A DNA stretch of 37,187 bases from an uncultured Thermococci archaeon. GTDB lineage: Archaea > CAYQAE01 > CAYVLA01. Within the stretch, counting starts at the first letter, position 1, and the number at the start of each line of letters is the position of its first letter. Below are positions 35,924-37,187 of this stretch, piece by piece. The translations under genes were made by a program, and so were the position numbers. Under the pieces are notes generated by a model. It made no database searches. It worked only from the letters and a program-made list of their open reading frames with translations, and had not been told where the DNA came from. Location: NCBI GenBank assembly GCA_964549615.1, contig CAZJVP010000032.1, positions 1 to 37,187 of the forward strand, given 5' to 3'.

Positions 35924-37187
35924 TCATTTCTTCGCAGGCTTCGCTTTCGGGTTCTCTTCCGGCGGCCCTCTCCCCTGCGGTTCACCCTTGTCTTCAGGTG
36001 GTCCTCTGCTCACAGGCGGGGTCTTGTGCTCAGGGGGTCCTCTCCCCTGCGGCTCTCCAACGTTCTGAGGCGGGCCCCGACCTTCTGCTGGTTCCTGTTC
36101 GTGATCGTCTTCCCCGTTCTCTTTCTCTTCCCCGCCTTCTTCTTCGTTTTCGCGTTCGTCTTCCTGGTCAGCGTCTTCCTCGTCTTCCTCGCCATCCCCC
36201 GGCTCGCCCATGTTGTTTATGCTGTCGCAGATCTCCCTGGCTAGTTCGTAGTCCTGTTGGTCGTCGCCGTTGGCGATCAGGTCCTCGACGCGCGCCATCG
36301 CATCGGAGAATCTCGTGTCGGGTTGCCCGTCCCAGTCGGTGTCTACCATGTCGTCCATCCCGACGGCCCCATTTGCCCAGTTGAGCCAGCAGGCAAGGCA
36401 CTGCTGAACGGATCGGTTCAGCATGGACGCCTTTCCTATCCATAGGTAGTTGGTTGCATTCGCGTAGGAGAGCGGGAAGATCTCCTCGAAGATGCTGGAC
36501 TCATCCGGTATCAAGGCCAGATACGCCATCAGAACCTCCTTGGTGAGGTGCTTATGGCCCTTCTCCGAGAACTGGTGCTTCCAGTAACCCATCGACCTCA
36601 TGTCGCTGAGGGTCAGCACGCGCACGGCTGCAGTGTCGCTTGCACGGACCGGATTCCCGAGCGGATCGAACCCCACGGCGGTTGCCGTGTTGAATGTCGT
36701 CGAGTATATCTTGGCCTTGACGCTGACGCTCAGGCTCTGGGCCGGCATCAGGTCGAATGGTCCGGCTATGTGCCCCAGGTGGTCGTCGGTGACCATTATT
36801 GCGGTCACCTTCACGTCTCCGGTGTTATTGATGAAGAACTTGTAGGTGACCTCCTCTCCGTAGCCAGCCGTCTTGGGATCCACAGACTTCACGAGGGTCA
36901 GCCTGGGATGGATCACATCGACGAACGCTGTATCATTCGCCTCCACCGTCCCTCCGAGAGGATCGATGCCGACCAAGGTGGCGTTGTTCAGGGTATCCCT
37001 CTCGATCCTCACCTTCACCTGGAAGGTCAGCCAGGTTCCCGCGGGAAGGTTGAAAGGCCCGGCTATGTGTCCCAGGGCATCGTCGCTAAGCGAGACTGCG
37101 GAGAGGTCGACGTCACCCGTGTTGTTGACAACGTATGTGTAGGTCACCTGGCCTCCGACGTATGTCATCGTCGGCTCGGCCGTCTTG
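35924..37187 (-). CDS. Extracellular repeat protein (DUF11/DUF7507-like Ig repeats), 5' truncated
   Basis: Repeats VTYTYVVNNTGDV / VTYKFFINNTGDV, a GYWKH domain, an acidic linker and RGPP repeats; the frame is open to the window edge. Confidence 0.8.
   Translation of the reverse strand, partial: KTAEPTMTYVGGQVTYTYVVNNTGDVDLSAVSLSDDALGHIAGPFNLPAGTWLTFQVKVRIERDTLNNATLVGIDPLGGTVEANDTAFVDVIHPRLTLVKSVDPKTAGYGEEVTYKFFINNTGDVKVTAIMVTDDHLGHIAGPFDLMPAQSLSVSVKAKIYSTTFNTATAVGFDPLGNPVRASDTAAVRVLTLSDMRSMGYWKHQFSEKGHKHLTKEVLMAYLALIPDESSIFEEIFPLSYANATNYLWIGKASMLNRSVQQCLACWLNWANGAVGMDDMVDTDWDGQPDTRFSDAMARVEDLIANGDDQQDYELAREICDSINNMGEPGDGEEDEEDADQEDERENEEEGGEEKENGEDDHEQEPAEGRGPPQNVGEPQGRGPPEHKTPPVSRGPPEDKGEPQGRGPPEENPKAKPAKK
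35958..36085 (-). repeat. Intragenic imperfect tandem repeats encoding four RGPP units
   Basis: GRGPPQ/GRGPPE/SRGPPE/GRGPPE with 12-aa spacing; CCTCTCCCCTGCGG occurs twice, 72 nt apart. Confidence 0.8.

Overview
GC-rich archaeal chromosomal segment. Archaeal markers are a thermosome subunit, TBP, an HMf-type histone, archaeal adenylate kinase, deoxyhypusine synthase and a C1:G72 tRNA-Tyr with introns. A TACK/Bathyarchaeia-like lineage is plausible but cannot be proven from this window. I found no CRISPR array, rRNA or intact mobile element. The most notable items are: (1) a pdxS-pdxT operon whose third gene is a threonine-synthase-fold protein lacking the PLP Schiff-base lysine and fused to a PadR-type winged helix, with an inverted repeat overlapping the operon's TATA box, making it a candidate new vitamin-B6-sensing regulator; (2) a coupled SMC5/6-like ATPase + kleisin + kite operon abutting a convergent gene with HeH/LEM-like repeats; (3) a tRNA-Tyr with two introns whose splice motifs appear interdependent; (4) an orphan zinc-motif Ku; (5) a histone variant lacking the L1 glycine; (6) an unannotated 38-aa membrane microprotein. 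All family assignments come from motif recognition by eye, with no database searches.
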